From: Guillardia theta CCMP2712
Taxonomy: Eukaryota > Protista > Cryptophyta
DNA length: 64,000 nt
Assembly (NCBI RefSeq): GCF_000315625.1
Contig: NW_005434639.1
Location: forward strand, 594,363 to 658,362
Direction of reading: 5' to 3'
Under the pieces are notes generated by a model. That model did no database searches. It worked only from the letters and a program-made list of their open reading frames with translations, and had not been told where the DNA came from. Positions 14,101 to 28,417 of the stretch are shown one piece after another; the first letter of the stretch is position 1; every line of letters starts with the position of its first letter. The position numbers and the translations under genes are program-made.

Positions 14101-15963
14101 GGGCCGGGGCAGGAGACGTGCAAGGCAACACTGTACCTCAGGCAGGTCCAGACAGCCCAGCTGGAGGAAGTGGCCTCCTTGTTCTCCCAGTCCCAGAGGG
14201 CGTCCGACATCCTCCGAGGGTTCGAGGATCGAGCTCGTTGCAGCGACGTGACTACAGTGAAGCTGCGATGTACCCTCGGGCATTGCAGACTTCAGATCCC
14301 CAAGTCGGTCAAGGAGGTACTTGGCTTGCGCCCTCGTCTTTCTCCACTCTCCTCCCACCTCCTCCCTGTTCGCTCCTCCTCTCCTCCTCTCCTGCCCTTC
14401 CTTCCTCCTCCGATGACTTCTTTTGTAGGTTTACCTCGAGTGCGAGGACAACCAACGAGCTCGTCGCAGCTTCGCCCTGAGGAACTCCGGCTGCTTCCCT
14501 GCCTCCGTTCGGCTGTCCATCTCACCAGAGTCAACGAGCTCCATCGTCGTCGAGCCTCGGAAACTTCACATCCCAGCAGGGGGCCAGGAGAAAGTCTCCG
14601 TCCTCTTCGATCCAGAGGAGGCTAGTCAACTGAAGGCGAACTTACAGCTTAGGATCGAGGAGGACGTTGGGGTCTACTTCAATGTGCCAGTCAGGGCCCA
14701 TGCCCTCCCCGCCCGCCAGGAGAAGCCTTCCTCCACTCCTCCCATGAGAGACCCTGCCAACGAGAGGAAATCAGCAGCAGACTCTGCCCCTCCCTGCGGC
14801 CCCTCGTCGGCTCACAGGTTCTCTCTCCCTCGACAAACGTCCGGTAATGGAGGTCGGTAGCCTCTTACCTGCTGCTCACTCCACGCAGAAGACTCCTCCT
14901 TGTTCCTTGCTAGCTCCTGCTGCGAGCGAGGAAGCTCGTCTTGCGACAAGGAGAGCGTCTCCGTCGGGAGACGCGAGCGCAACGGGGCCTCCCGCTCTCC
15001 CCTCAGCATCGGCAAACTGTCAAAAGCAGAGACAGAGCTGAGCTCAAAGTCTGGCCCTCGCCCTGGCTGCCTGCTGTCTCACTGACTTGATTCCAGTGTC
15101 ACCAAGGTCAACCTCTCCAAGCTCAACGTCTCAGAGTCTCCTGCCTTGCCGGACGTCCAGTCTGCCATCAAGGCTCTCAAGCAGTTTGCATCTCAGATGG
15201 AGCTCTACAGTAGCGGACAGAAGGTCTCGAGAGTGCCGGTTGCCGCTGCGCAGCCTGTCCTGCTAACTGGATCGCAGTCCCGACGACAGACGACGACCAG
15301 GACAAGCGCCCAGTCCTCTGAGAGGAGGAGAGATCTAGAACAGGAGGTGGAGGTGGAGGTAGAGCAGGAGGACTCTTGCCGGGTGCTCCCCTACTCGACG
15401 GCAAGGGAAGAAGCCGCACTTCCTCAGCGCACGAGCACGAGGAGCGGAGGGCCGATCATCTCACTCAGTGAGCATCCGGTCAAGGTGAGCTGAGGCCCAG
15501 CTGGGGTCCTCCCGGCACTTCTGACGAGGCCCGCAAACTGCGCAGGTCGGTGAGCCCGCCTCGGGTAAGAGATACACGTGGCTGAACTTCCCCAACACAC
15601 CAGTTGGGGAGGCGTCGGTGGTCAGACTGGCGCTCTGTAATCGGTCGGGCAAGCCAGCGCACCTGGAGATCAGCGGAGGAAGAGGAGGAAACTTCCTGAT
15701 CAAGAGTGTCAACGTGGACATCAGGCCAGGTGCGGGGAAGGAGGCGAGAGTCGGGGATGGTGATGACGCTGACGAGCTGGTGGTGTCAGAGCATTACCTC
15801 ATGCTGCCTGTCTACTTCACCCCCAAGGCTCCTGGCAAGGCGCGTGAGAAGCTTTACATCGGTGCTCCTGCTCTGTGTCTCTCCTCGCTCTGACTTTGAT
15901 CCCCCAGCATGCCGTGACGTCGCGTTCCGGAGGAAGCTGGTGCTGGCTGGCGAAGGTTTCTAA
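11200..15963 (+). CDS. Cep192/Spd-2-like protein: long disordered Ser/acidic N-terminus and C-terminal ASH/PapD-like Ig-fold domains
   Basis: >1000-aa first ORF. Later segments IEVSSTSLCF-like..LSFRNVCEYPI..LQPGQSVDMAVKYHP and WLNFPNTPVGEASVVRLALCNRSG..HYLMLPVYFTPKAPGK resemble ASH-type domains. Confidence 0.55.
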
Positions 15964-16039
15964 CTATATCATGATTAAGAGTTTGATGTATGAATCAATG
16001 AAAACAAGTTCGCAATCCCTGAGATAGCAGCTCGACGTT

Positions 16040-16380
16040 GCAGCCAAGCAGGATCGGAGAATCTGTCAGACTTGGACTGGCCGGATTCAAGCCGTGCAAC
16101 TCTTCAACGGTTTCAAGTCTTGACACTGCCAGCATGAGTGCCCTGGCACTGTCCGTGGCAGCGGTGCAGCCTTCAGCCCCGGCGCCGGGCCCCCGGCCGC
16201 CCCCGCACACCGAGATCCGAGTGGACAGTGCCACAGACTCCCGCCACTGAAAGCCCGGCCTACTGCTGTCGGGCCGGGCCGACCGTGTCGCTATCCGACG
16301 GTACAGTACGGTACTGGGCCCGGCGCCCGGGCCTGGTCTGTGTCGACGGTGAGGCGGGGTCTTGGTCCGACCTACTGGAT
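16040..16380. repeat. CpG-rich palindromic island
   Basis: ccccggcgccgggccccggccg, gtacagtacggtac and gggcccggcgcccgggcc. Confidence 0.4.
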
Positions 16381-16427
16381 TCATTCGATTGAAATCGGGG
16401 GCCGTACCTCAAAGTGTGGGGGGAAAC

Positions 16428-18374
16428 ATGCCGGTGTCCTCGTCGCTGTTGTCGGCGATGACGATGGTGGCGATGACGATGGTGGCGATGGCAGGAGGAG
16501 CGACACACATGCATGAAGAGAACTCTCCTCCTCTCCTCTCGCATCATACTTTCCCTGCTCGCTCCAGCACAACTCCTTCCTGCTTCGTAACAACAGCAAT
16601 GCGGCAGGGAAGTAACGTCGGGAGGAGGTGTCAGGCTCTGTGCCCAGTGAGAGCAGGGACAAGGACGAGACTGAACCGGCCCTGTGCTCTCCGCATGCAG
16701 GAGGACGACTACAAGAGCCTTGGGCTTCCAAGCTACGTGGTGGCTGAGATGGAGGGGCTGAGCAAGGAGGAGAGGGATTCAATCCTCAGATCTGTAGGGT
16801 TGAAGGTAGGCAGGAGCAAAACGAGCAAGAGGAAGGAGACTAGCGCGCAGCGAAGGGAGAGGAGAAAGAAGAGCCAGGCGACCAAGATCGAGGGCCAGGT
16901 CGCACCCCAAGAGCAGGAGCCAAGGAAGGAGAAGCAGCGGGAGCAGCGGGAGCAGCAGGCGACGAATGTTCGGTCCGAGGACAGCTTCTTCTCGGACAAC
17001 CTCCCTCAAACTCAGCAGGATCTTGACTTCTTGAGGTACTTCACTATACTCTCTTGCAACGTCGCCGTCAGGAGCAGCGCTGACATGGATGCCGCAGGAG
17101 CATCTTCGGGGACACTGTGGGGCAGGGGGGATACGGATCGGAGAACCAGAGCCAGTGGTTGAGAGAGGCTGCTGTGGAGGAGGAGAAGGAGGAAGAAAAG
17201 GAGGCAGAGATTGCTGAAGAGGAGGAGGAGGAGGAGGAGGAGGAGGAGGAGGAGGAGGGCGAAGCACAGGGGGAGGAGGGAAGCAGCGGGAGGAAGAAAA
17301 GGGTCATGGTTTTCCCTGACGAGAACGACATCGATCCGTACAACCCTCAGGTCCAGCTAACGCTCGAGAGCAAACAACTCTTAGAGGATTTGACCCATCA
17401 TGTCAACAGACGTTCGGCTACACTCTGCTGGGGTACGTGCAGGGAGCTCATGGAGTTCGCGGGGAGTTCAAGATGAACTGTGAAGGTGAGGAGGAGGAAA
17501 GAGCAGATGGGAGAGATGAGAGAAGAAGAAGAAGAAGAACATGATGATGATGGAGATGATGATGATGGAGATGATGATGGAGATGATGATGATGATGATG
17601 ATGATGGAGATGATGATGATGGAAATGAAAAAACGACTTGTCCATGACCATGTCTCAAAGGGATGAGCGATTCTCCCGACAGAAGAATCAAACAGGGAGC
17701 AAGCATCTTCATGCAGGTGAAGTTTGTGCCTGTTTCCTCCCAGCTGAACAGCTGGAAGCTACCGGGACGACGCGCCCCTCGACCATGGAAATGCGTCTCG
17801 TCGAGGCCAGGTAGGAGGGAAAGTTTTCCAGCCTATCTTTCTCTTCTCTCACCTATCCTCTCCTTTCCTGTTCCATTCAGTCCTGTCCTGTCCTCCCTCC
17901 TTCTCCTCAGTCCTTCGTGCTGTTCTTCCTTCATCTCCTCCTCATCCTCCCCTTCGTCCTCCACCACCACCTCCACTTCGCTCTCCCCCTCCCCAATCCA
18001 GCTCCTTCACCAATTTCCCCTTGCGTTCTCCCGCCTCTCCTTCCATTTCTCCCTCTCCCTCTGTTACCTCCCTCCTCCTTCCTTCTCGTCCTGACGGCAG
18101 ACCAGGCACCAAACCTCTCATCAGGATAGTGAAAGTGAAGAAGGTCAGAAGGCAAAGGAGCAAGGCGAAGGCCCTTACCATTGGCAGGTCAATACAAGGG
18201 AAGAAGCAAGTAAACTGCGGGGATCGAAGGTGCAGGAGCGGGAGGAGCAGCGATGGAGATGATGGAGATGATGATGATGGAGATGATGATGATGATGGAG
18301 ATGATGATGATGATGATGATGATGGAGATGATGATGATGATGGAGATGATGATGATGATGGAGATGATGATGGA

Positions 18375-18410
<36 letters not shown>

Positions 18411-19454
18411 AATGGAGATGATCATGCTCATGCTCATGATGATGATGATGAGGAGGAGGAGGAGTAACGGGTCAGAGCAGGTCTATGTGCGGGACATGGA
18501 CCTTGAGGAGCACTCGAGGTGGCAGATGAGCTGGTGGAGGAGCGAAGTGACGATGATGTAGAAATGCTGAAGCGAAGGAGGAGGAGTGGGAGCAGAAGAT
18601 GGTATGTGAGGAGGGAGGAGGGAGGAGGGAGGAGGGAGGAGGGAGGAGGGGGGAGGGAGGATGAGGGAGGAGAAGGGGGGAGGGAGAGGGGAGGAAGGCG
18701 GAGGGAGGGAGGAGAGTTCTCTTACGCTCCTCAGGAATTTTTCGTTGACGAGCTGGTCGGCCTCAAGGCCATTCTCCCGCAAGAAGGTGAAGAAAGACTC
18801 CAGCTGGTGCTTAGCTGGGGGAGTGATGTCCCTGGTAGACATGCGCGTGCTGGGGGAGGTGGTGGGGGTCGTGACAAGGGACGAGATCTGCTCCTTGGAC
18901 GGGTTGGGTCAAGACCTGCTGGAGGTGAAGGAGGGGAAGCAACTGGGCTTCACCTCAACCTCCCTCCTCCTTCCCCCATCTCCTCCTCCTCCTCCTCCTC
19001 CNNNNNNNNNNNNNNNNNNNNNNNNNNNNNNNNNNNNNNNNNNNNNNNNNNNNNNNNNNNNNNNNNNNNNNNNNNNNNNNNNNNNNNNNNNNNNNNNNNN
19101 NACACCAGTCGCCTTTCCCATCCCCATCGCTCTCCTCCTCGCATGCGAATCTGTTCTTTCTGCTCACTCTCGCTATTTCAGATTCGATTTGGTGATTCAT
19201 CAGTGGAGTATGTGGACGACGACAAAGCTCTTCGAGTACATCTNNNNNNNNNNNNNNNNNNNNNNNNNNNNNNNNNNNNNNNNNNNNNNNNNNNNNNNNN
19301 NNNNNNNNNNNNNNNNNNNNNNNNNNNNNNNNNNNNNNNNNNNCATATCCCTGCGGATGCTCGGATGAGGAGAAGGCAAAGGAGGAGGAGGAGGAGGAGG
19401 AGGAGGAGGAGAAGGAGAAGGGAGGAGCAGCACGCAACACCTGAGAGCGACTGA
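16428..19454 (+). CDS. rimM: RimM-like ribosome maturation factor with N-terminal extension, probably plastid-targeted; multi-exon, crosses N gaps
   Basis: Exon at ~17410-17485 reads TFGYTLLGYVQGAHGVRGEFKMNCE (RimM GAHGxxGE signature). Later exons read MSDSPDRRIKQG, QVYVRDMDL, EFFVDELVGLKAI and VLGEVVGV..GQDLLEV (PRC barrel). The N-terminus is hydrophobic, then Ser/Thr/Arg-rich like a transit peptide. Confidence 0.75.
17541..17622. repeat. (GAT)n/GGAGAT microsatellite in intron
   Basis: Direct reading. Confidence 0.9.
18252..18450. repeat. (GAT)n compound microsatellite in intron
   Basis: Direct reading. Confidence 0.9.
19002..19343. other. Two 100-N assembly gaps (19002-19101 and 19244-19343)
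   Basis: Runs of n. Confidence 0.98.
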
Positions 19455-19499
19455 GGGGAAGAAGGGAGGGAGGAGGAGGAGGAGGGAGGAGGAAGAGGA

Positions 19500-22062
19500 T
19501 ACCTTGAATCGACCGTCTCTCATTCCCATCCGCATCCCAACGACCCCCGAAAGTCGGCAATGGCCTGAGCCAGAGTGAATGAAAGGTGCAAAGGAGGAGG
19601 AGGGGAAGAGAGGAGGAGGGAAAATCACGGCAGAGCGCAGAAGTCAAGGAGATGCGGAGGAAGTCAGAGACGGCAAGGGGGAGAACGAGAAGAACAATCA
19701 GCAGGAGGAGGGAGATCGAGAGGGAGAAGGGGGGAAGAGGAGAGGGAGAAGGAGGAGGGAAGTGACATGGAGGAAGGGGAGGGAGAGAGGGAAGAAGGGG
19801 AAGAGGAGGGACGGGGAGGCCAGACCTCTTCGATGTCCCTCTTGTCGGCACCAAGGGGGATTTTCCCGATGAAAATGCTATTGACCTGAGAATGAAGAAA
19901 GAACATGAGGAGGTAGAAGAAGAGAGACGAGAAGAGTGGGGAGGGAGGGAAGGAGGGAGGACAAGAAGGCATGGACGGTGAGGCGGGCGAAGAGAAAGAC
20001 ATGAATGCAAGAGAGAGAGACGCCGACGACAGGAGGGAACAGGAGGAGGAGGACATGGAGAAGGAGGAGAAGAACAAGGAGAAGGACACAAAGGAGGAGG
20101 AGGAGGAGGAGGAGGAGGACACAAGAGGAGGAGGAGGAGGAGGAAGGAGATAGATCTAACATCATCCTCTCACCTTGGAGTTTCTCGGCGAAGAGAACCT
20201 CGGGTTCTGTCTCTCCCTCATGCCCGACGGCCGACGTTCGGGTTTGATCCCTTGACCCTCCGTTACCTGCGAGCAGTTGAGCCAAGTGGATTGTGGAAGA
20301 GGAGGAAGAGGAAGAAACGGATGGAGAGCAGAAAGAGGAGGGAGGGGAGGGGGAGAGAGCTGGTGGTGGTGGTGGTGGTGGTGGTGGTGGTGGTGGTGGT
20401 GGTGGTGGAGGAGGAGGAGGAGGTGGTGGTGGTGGTGGTGGTGGTGGAGGAGGAGGAGGAGGAGGAGGAGAAGGAGGTTGTGCTGGTGGTGCAGGAGGAG
20501 GACCATTCTCATAGCCTGTCGTGCTGGACGAGACCATGGCGGATAGATCTCGATGGTTCTGATAGAAATATATTGTCAGTAAGCTGAAGGAAGATCATGT
20601 TGGTACAAGAAGAATGTGATGTGATGTGATGTGATGTGATGTGATGTGATGTGATGTGATGTGATGTGATGTGACGGGTTGAGATCGACAAGGGGAGGGA
20701 GGAGGGAGGAACGGGAGGGGCGAGAGAAGCGGAGGAGAAGAGCAGACAGTAGCAGTCAAAGTCGACCAACCTGTCAAGAATCGTCTGGTTGCCGAGCTTG
20801 AGAGCTTCTGACGCGCTCAATCTAATCCGAATGATGTCAACGAGTGTTACGACAGAGAAGTTCAACAAAGGAGGAGGATGATGGAGGAGGTTGGAAAGCA
20901 GGATGGAGGGGGAAGAGGATGGAGGAGTGTGATAGTGGTGGTGGTTGTGGTTGTGGTGGAGCAGGAGGGATGGAGGAGGCAGAAGGAGGAGGAGGATGGA
21001 GCAGGAGCAGGAGGATCAGGAGCACAGACTTGTCTTCAAAGGTGACCCATGCTCTCCCAGACGCCTTTCCTCCCATGAACATTCCTTCGATCTTCGTCAC
21101 GGTCCCGCACTGAGACTCGAAGAAGTCCACGAGGTCGAGCGGACGAGCCTTAAAGGAAATGCCGCGCACGAAGATCTGACTGACTGTCAGGCACAAACTC
21201 CTCCTCCCTCCTCTTCTCCTCCCTCTCCTCCTCCCTCCTCTTTTCCGCTCTGCCAACCTGATCCGTGTCAAGCTCAGCAAACTTCGCATCATCCTCCTCC
21301 TCACTCTCCTCCTGCTCAACATGATTCAACCGTCTACCTCTCCCAACAAGAGACCACCTGTTCTCCGCTGTCTTCCTCCACCCCCGAGCTCTTGACCTCA
21401 GTCTCCCCCTCTTCTCCATATGCTTGTGCTCCCCAGCTCTGATCCTCGTCAGATTCCGCCAGCACAGCAGCGAGGTGAGGATCCGGGATCTTCAGCTCTG
21501 CTCCTTCCTCCTCCTCCTCCATCGCCTTGGCAAGTCTCTCCTGCAGCTCCGCCTTCACCCCGCTAGTCTTGAGGCCCCTGCTCTTGAGCTCGTTCTTGAG
21601 TTTTGTCACCGTCATGGAGCTGAGGTCCATCGTCCCCCCGCTGCTCATCCCCGCCGTCTCCCCTCCTCCCTCCTGCCTCTCTCCATCCTCCTCACTTGAG
21701 CTCAAGGTGGAGCTCGCTCCTTCCCCGGCTATGCTGGAGATCCGTTCGATCAGCTCTGCCTTCTTCATCCTACTGGTCGGCTGCTCCCCCAGCGTCACTA
21801 GCTTCTCCTTCAGCTGTGCCACCGTGAGCTTGTTGAGCTCCGTCATGTCAGAGCTCATGCACTTGAGGAGCACAGCTTGTGGCGGCCTCCTGCATGCCGT
21901 CGTCCGGAGTGGAAGAGATGTTCTCGCCCATGGCAGGTTGAAAGATTCGGAGAGTCCGAGGAAGCCCAGGACAAGCAAGAGGAAGGGAATGGTCGACATC
22001 CTCTGCCTAGAGGATTCGGACGAAGTAGAAGATGAGAGAGAAGCGGCGAGGTAGGCAGCCAT
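19500..22062 (-). CDS. Probable plastid-targeted nucleic-acid-binding protein with two SAP domains and two RRMs; 3' end uncertain near the gaps
   Basis: Signal peptide FLLLVLGFLGLSES|F; SAP motifs LNKLTVAQLKEKL..KKAELIERI and LSSMTVTKLKNELKSRGLKTSGVKAELQERL; RRM1 IFVRGISF..SGRAWVTFED; RRM2 SIFIGKIPLGADKRDIEEV. Confidence 0.75.
20359..20475. repeat. (GGT)n/(GGA)n microsatellite in intron
   Basis: Direct reading. Confidence 0.9.
20614..20673. repeat. (GATGT)n pentanucleotide repeat in intron
   Basis: Direct reading. Confidence 0.9.
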
Positions 22063-23157
22063 TCGGTCTAGAGTGAACTAGCGGGGATGGAGCCAGCAGG
22101 GTACAGAGGGCAGACGAGGGAGCGAGAGTATGTGAGAGCTCTTGAGAGGACGGAGGGGAGGACTGAGGGGTGGTGGACAAGAAACGAGTAGAGAAGGGTG
22201 GTGGTTGGTGGGCCGAGGAAGGGTCGGGGGCTCAGGATCCTCTCGCTCACGCTTCGAGCATGGCGGCCGACGCCATGGGGGCTGCCTTGTCTACAGAGGG
22301 TGGGTAGGGGTGGTGGAGAACCCTGCAAATCGTAAGGGTACTATTAGATGGCCTCATATCGCCGGTGGGGGTGGTCAATCCAGTATGGGGTAGTTGAAGA
22401 GGGGGTGGGGTATCCCGTAATGTAACGGGCCATCCCTCCATTTTCCTTGAACTAAACTCTTCAAACTAAACTCAAATTTACCACCTACCCCCATTTCCTG
22501 TTTTATCAAATGTCACCCTGTGTGACTACCCCCTGCGGTGAAGTACCCCCATTTATCAATACAAATATACGGGTACTAGTTGTTTTGGATTGCCTCATCC
22601 CCTCCTGGGCCCATTTCTAAAGGCGTCTGTTCTATTTCCGGAGAAGGGCGACAATGCCGCGAGCGGAGGACGGGAGCAGTGCCGCTTATGGCGCGTTCAG
22701 CACGCAAGATATCGAGGTGAAGATGGCATAATCTGATTGATAATGTTGTAGAGATGCAGATTCTGAGGTTTGTGAGGTTGCTCTTGTGACATCTATTGTG
22801 TGAGAAGCAGTAGAAGTAATGTTGTTAAGATGTGCAACGAATGATAGATGCGCTGTGTGTAGTGGGAAGCAGACTTTGGTGTTGTTCTGTCCATGAATTG
22901 AATATAAGGTGATATTTGGTTTTTTTTTCGATCTATGTCTCTTGATTCTTCTGTAATTCTGGTTTCTCTGCTGATTCTCTGATGACTTGTCCATGTCTCG
23001 TCAAGTTGAATTTGGTGTTTGCATGATCTTCGTTTCTTTCTTCCCATCCTTTCTTTCCATCTTGACGCATGCACAATAGGCTTTTGGAGCTGTAGCTCCC
23101 AAGGCTCCCGCCGCAGACCGCAGATTTCGTGCTGTGTTGTCTGCAGCTTTCGTTGCC

Positions 23158-24438
23158 ATGGCTCTTACCGCAGTCATCCTGGTCGCGACTTCGTCGTCCC
23201 GGGAAAACGTCGAGGCCGCACAGTGGACAGAGTTTGTAGACCCTGAGAGAGTTGCACTTGCCCAGGCCCTCATGCGAGGCAACAGCGCCTTGAGGTGGGT
23301 CCCTGACCTCTCTGATCGCCTGTGTCTCACTCATGCTGTGCAGAACTGCTATCACCACAAAGCTTCAAGAGGTTGCTCCTGCTGCTGCTGTTCCCCCAGT
23401 TGGCGGACCAGGTTCAGGAGCTCCTGTCACTGCCCCGGAGGCTCCTGCTGGAGGTGATGGGTCAGGCTCCGGACCAGCTGCTCCAGCTGTAAGAATTCAA
23501 ATGCATTACATGCTCCATCTGACATTTCGGGTCAAACAGGGAGCTCAGCCCGTGCAGGAGCCAGGCTTCGTGATCGCCACCACTGATGACTCTGCTCCTC
23601 CTCCTGTACGTCAATGCTCTGCTTGATGCTTCTTGACGTAGGGCTGTAGGTTGCGGAAGGAACCACTTTCCACCACATCAAGAACTTTGCCGGCACTGAG
23701 CAGATGATGAACAACGGTGAGGTTGCCGCCCAGGGTGCTGGAGCAGACTTCCAGAATGGAGAGGTGAGGAACGACTTGTACAGTAAGCAGCGTGCTGACT
23801 AGGAGCATCAGGTTGTCGGGGCAGGCGTGCATGTGGCCAGCGGAATCGGCTCAGGAGATGGCGTTACCGTCGGATCCGGAGTGATCAATGGACAAGGAGT
23901 CACCGTCGGCTCTGGAGAAGGCATGGGCACCGGCATGTTCGCAGGATCCGGCGAGGGAACCGGTATGATGGTGGGCGTCGGATCCGGCGTTGGCTCTGGC
24001 CACATGATCACGGTAGGAGACGGATTTGTAGAAGGAAAGGGAATTCTGGAGAACTACGAGGGTCACGACATGTTCATCGTCTCTGGGTCTGGATCAGGGA
24101 CTGGCATCAGTGTGACCGACGGGTATGGCTCGGGAACCATGCTCAACATTGGCAACGGCGAAGGATCAGGAACCAACGTGGTGGTGGGAGACGGCCACGT
24201 TTCTGGATCGGACATTGCTGGAGAGAATGGCGAGCTCTCAGGGGTCGACCTGACAGCGGGACACGGTGAGTCTCCTCTGCCTCGATCCGATGGAGACTGA
24301 CCTCTGTCCTCTCTTGTCGCAGGTGAGGGATCGGGAAGTGACGTGTCGGTAGCCAACGGGACTGGAAGCGGCAGCTCTGTCTTCGTGGGCTCGGGATCCG
24401 GAGAAGGAACTGGATTCCTGGTTGGCGACTCTGCGTAG
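23158..24438 (+). CDS. Secreted or membrane-anchored protein with Pro/Ala linker and C-terminal Gly-rich 12-residue repeats; multi-exon, start approximate
   Basis: MALTAVILVATSSS hydrophobic start; APAAAVPPVGGPGSGAP linker; SGIGSGDGVTVG/SGVINGQGVTVG/SGEGMGTGMFAG repeats; ends ..GEGTGFLVGDSA* at 24438. Confidence 0.6.
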
Positions 24439-24944
24439 AAGGGGCAAGGAAGCTATCCCAACATCTCTATCTTAGTGTATCGGAGCCATGTCTGTATGCC
24501 TTTCACTGAAACTGTTTTTTGACTACCACGAGCCTCTGAGGCTCGCAGAGGGACTTCTAGTTTGTTATAATGAAATATGCTTATCCTTCATGCACTCATT
24601 GTGTACAACTGCTTCGAATTACACGTTCTTGGTCGTCAAATCTTTTGTGGCTGATGTGTTTCTCAGGGATAAATAGCTGATTAACTATTTACGCTAGATA
24701 AGATCTTCTCTCATCATCACTGCTTAAACATCCTCCCTTCGTGTTCATTTCACTGTCTTGTGTTGCAACCTTCTTCCTCCTTGCGTGTTGTTCTTCTTCA
24801 GCGTTCCAACTCTTTACGGACGAGGAACGATACACCAGTGTGAAGTGATGGGAACGAAAACACATCAGACCTCGTCACCTTACTTGTCTCGATTTTACTG
24901 AAGAACCCCCGAAAATTTTACACGCATTCAAGATATCGGCATCT

Positions 24945-27029
<2,085 letters not shown>

Positions 27030-27049
27030 TTAGAGCGAACAATGGGGGT

Positions 27050-27700
27050 CTAATAATATTGACGGGGGTAAGGGGTACTTGCCGTACCCCTGGTACGCTA
27101 TAATAGAACACATTATCTGGGTTGGGGTAGTCTACCACCCTTTCATTTAGTACTAAATAGAATATGGAGGGGTAGTTTTCTAGCACATAAAGTGGGTAGT
27201 TGGCTGCATATTTTTGTGGAAAGAAGAGAGCTCTTTGCTTCCGTAAGCTGATTCTGCATGGTAGGGTACATGACAATTTGGTGGGGGTACCATGGGTTAG
27301 GGGTAGGGTCTAACATCATGGATGGGGGTGGACAGGTCACAGCAGACGTTCTGGAACACGTGAGGGGGGAGGAGGGTTCTATGATTATAGTGGGTAGGGG
27401 TAGTTACCACTACCCCCTTTAACAACGCAAACTTGGTAGCAAAGTACCCCACAGGACCCTACGGCGTTCTCTAACTTCCAAATCCGTCCGGGGCGTAAGG
27501 GGGTCGATGCAATGTTATTGCTCTCGGAAAGAATGTCTAGAGCAAGTGGTGGGGTACTTTGACGTAGAGCAAGTGGTGGGGTACTTTGACCACCGGTGTG
27601 TTTTGATATCCCAAGACGGGGTGTATCACTCTTGTGAAAGACCTAGGAATAGTACCCGTACTACCCTTGGTTGCATCCATTGAAGCAGGGGTGCAATAGG
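27050..27700. promoter_or_regulatory. GGGGTA/TACCCC-rich intergenic block upstream of HSP60, including a 26-bp tandem duplication
   Basis: Numerous ggggta/gtacccc words; tagagcaagtggtggggtactttgac occurs twice (27538-27563 and 27565-27590). Confidence 0.4.
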
Positions 27701-27719
27701 ACGTCCGTCCTCCCTTATA

Positions 27720-28335
27720 CCCACCCCGGCGAGCTGCGAAGGCCCGGTCGGAGACTCAGTGATACTGATAACTGATAGTACGGCCGGGCGGCGGCATGAC
27801 GAAAGTTGATTGGAAAATGACTACTCCAAAAATTTGTTGATTGGAAACTTGATGATTGCCCGTGACGATGCCCGGCCGCAGTCCCGCCGCGGCCACCGCC
27901 CAGCCATGGTTGGGAGTGGGAGGCAGCCTGCCGCACTGCCCAGGGCCGGCACCCCGGCGGAGTCGGCGGCGCCGTGACTCGTGACCGTGGTACCGTACGG
28001 TAGTACCGCCCGGCGTAATGGCGCGGCCGCGTGCGCGTGAGCCCGCGGCGTGACCGTCACAGCCTGGCGGCCGGCAGTGCGGCGGCCGTCCGACCGGGGC
28101 GGCCCGGTCCGACTCAGTGCAGTGCGCCCGGCCGGCGCGCGCCGGCCCGGCCGGACCCATGGCCCGTCAGGGGCGGCGGCGTCCGACCGGACTTGCACTG
28201 CCACCGTGACGCGGCCGTAGTAGGCCGCTCGAACCGTCACGGCCGGGCGTACCCCGGCCCGGTCCGATCCGCCGGCGGCCGCCGCGGTGAGCGGCCAACT
28301 CACTGAGCAAGCCGGGGGGCCCGGTACACCGTGGC
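27720..28335. repeat. CpG-rich palindromic island
   Basis: Extremely GC-rich: ccggcccggccgg, gtaccgtacggtag, gactcagtg and ccgatccg. Confidence 0.5.
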
Positions 28336-28417
28336 AAACTTTGACAAGAAGATATGACTGTGATTACTTTTTTTCTAGTACAAGCAAAAACCACACGTTA
28401 GCTCTACAAGTCTAGTT

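Noticed and set aside
17900-20600. Poly-M, -D, -H, -P, -W and -G ORFs
   Set aside because: Translations of intronic microsatellites and N gaps.
27715-28394. Arg/Ala/Gly/Pro-rich ORFs in CpG islands (also 46422-46964)
   Set aside because: Open frames are expected from extreme GC content; they overlap in several frames and have no protein motifs.
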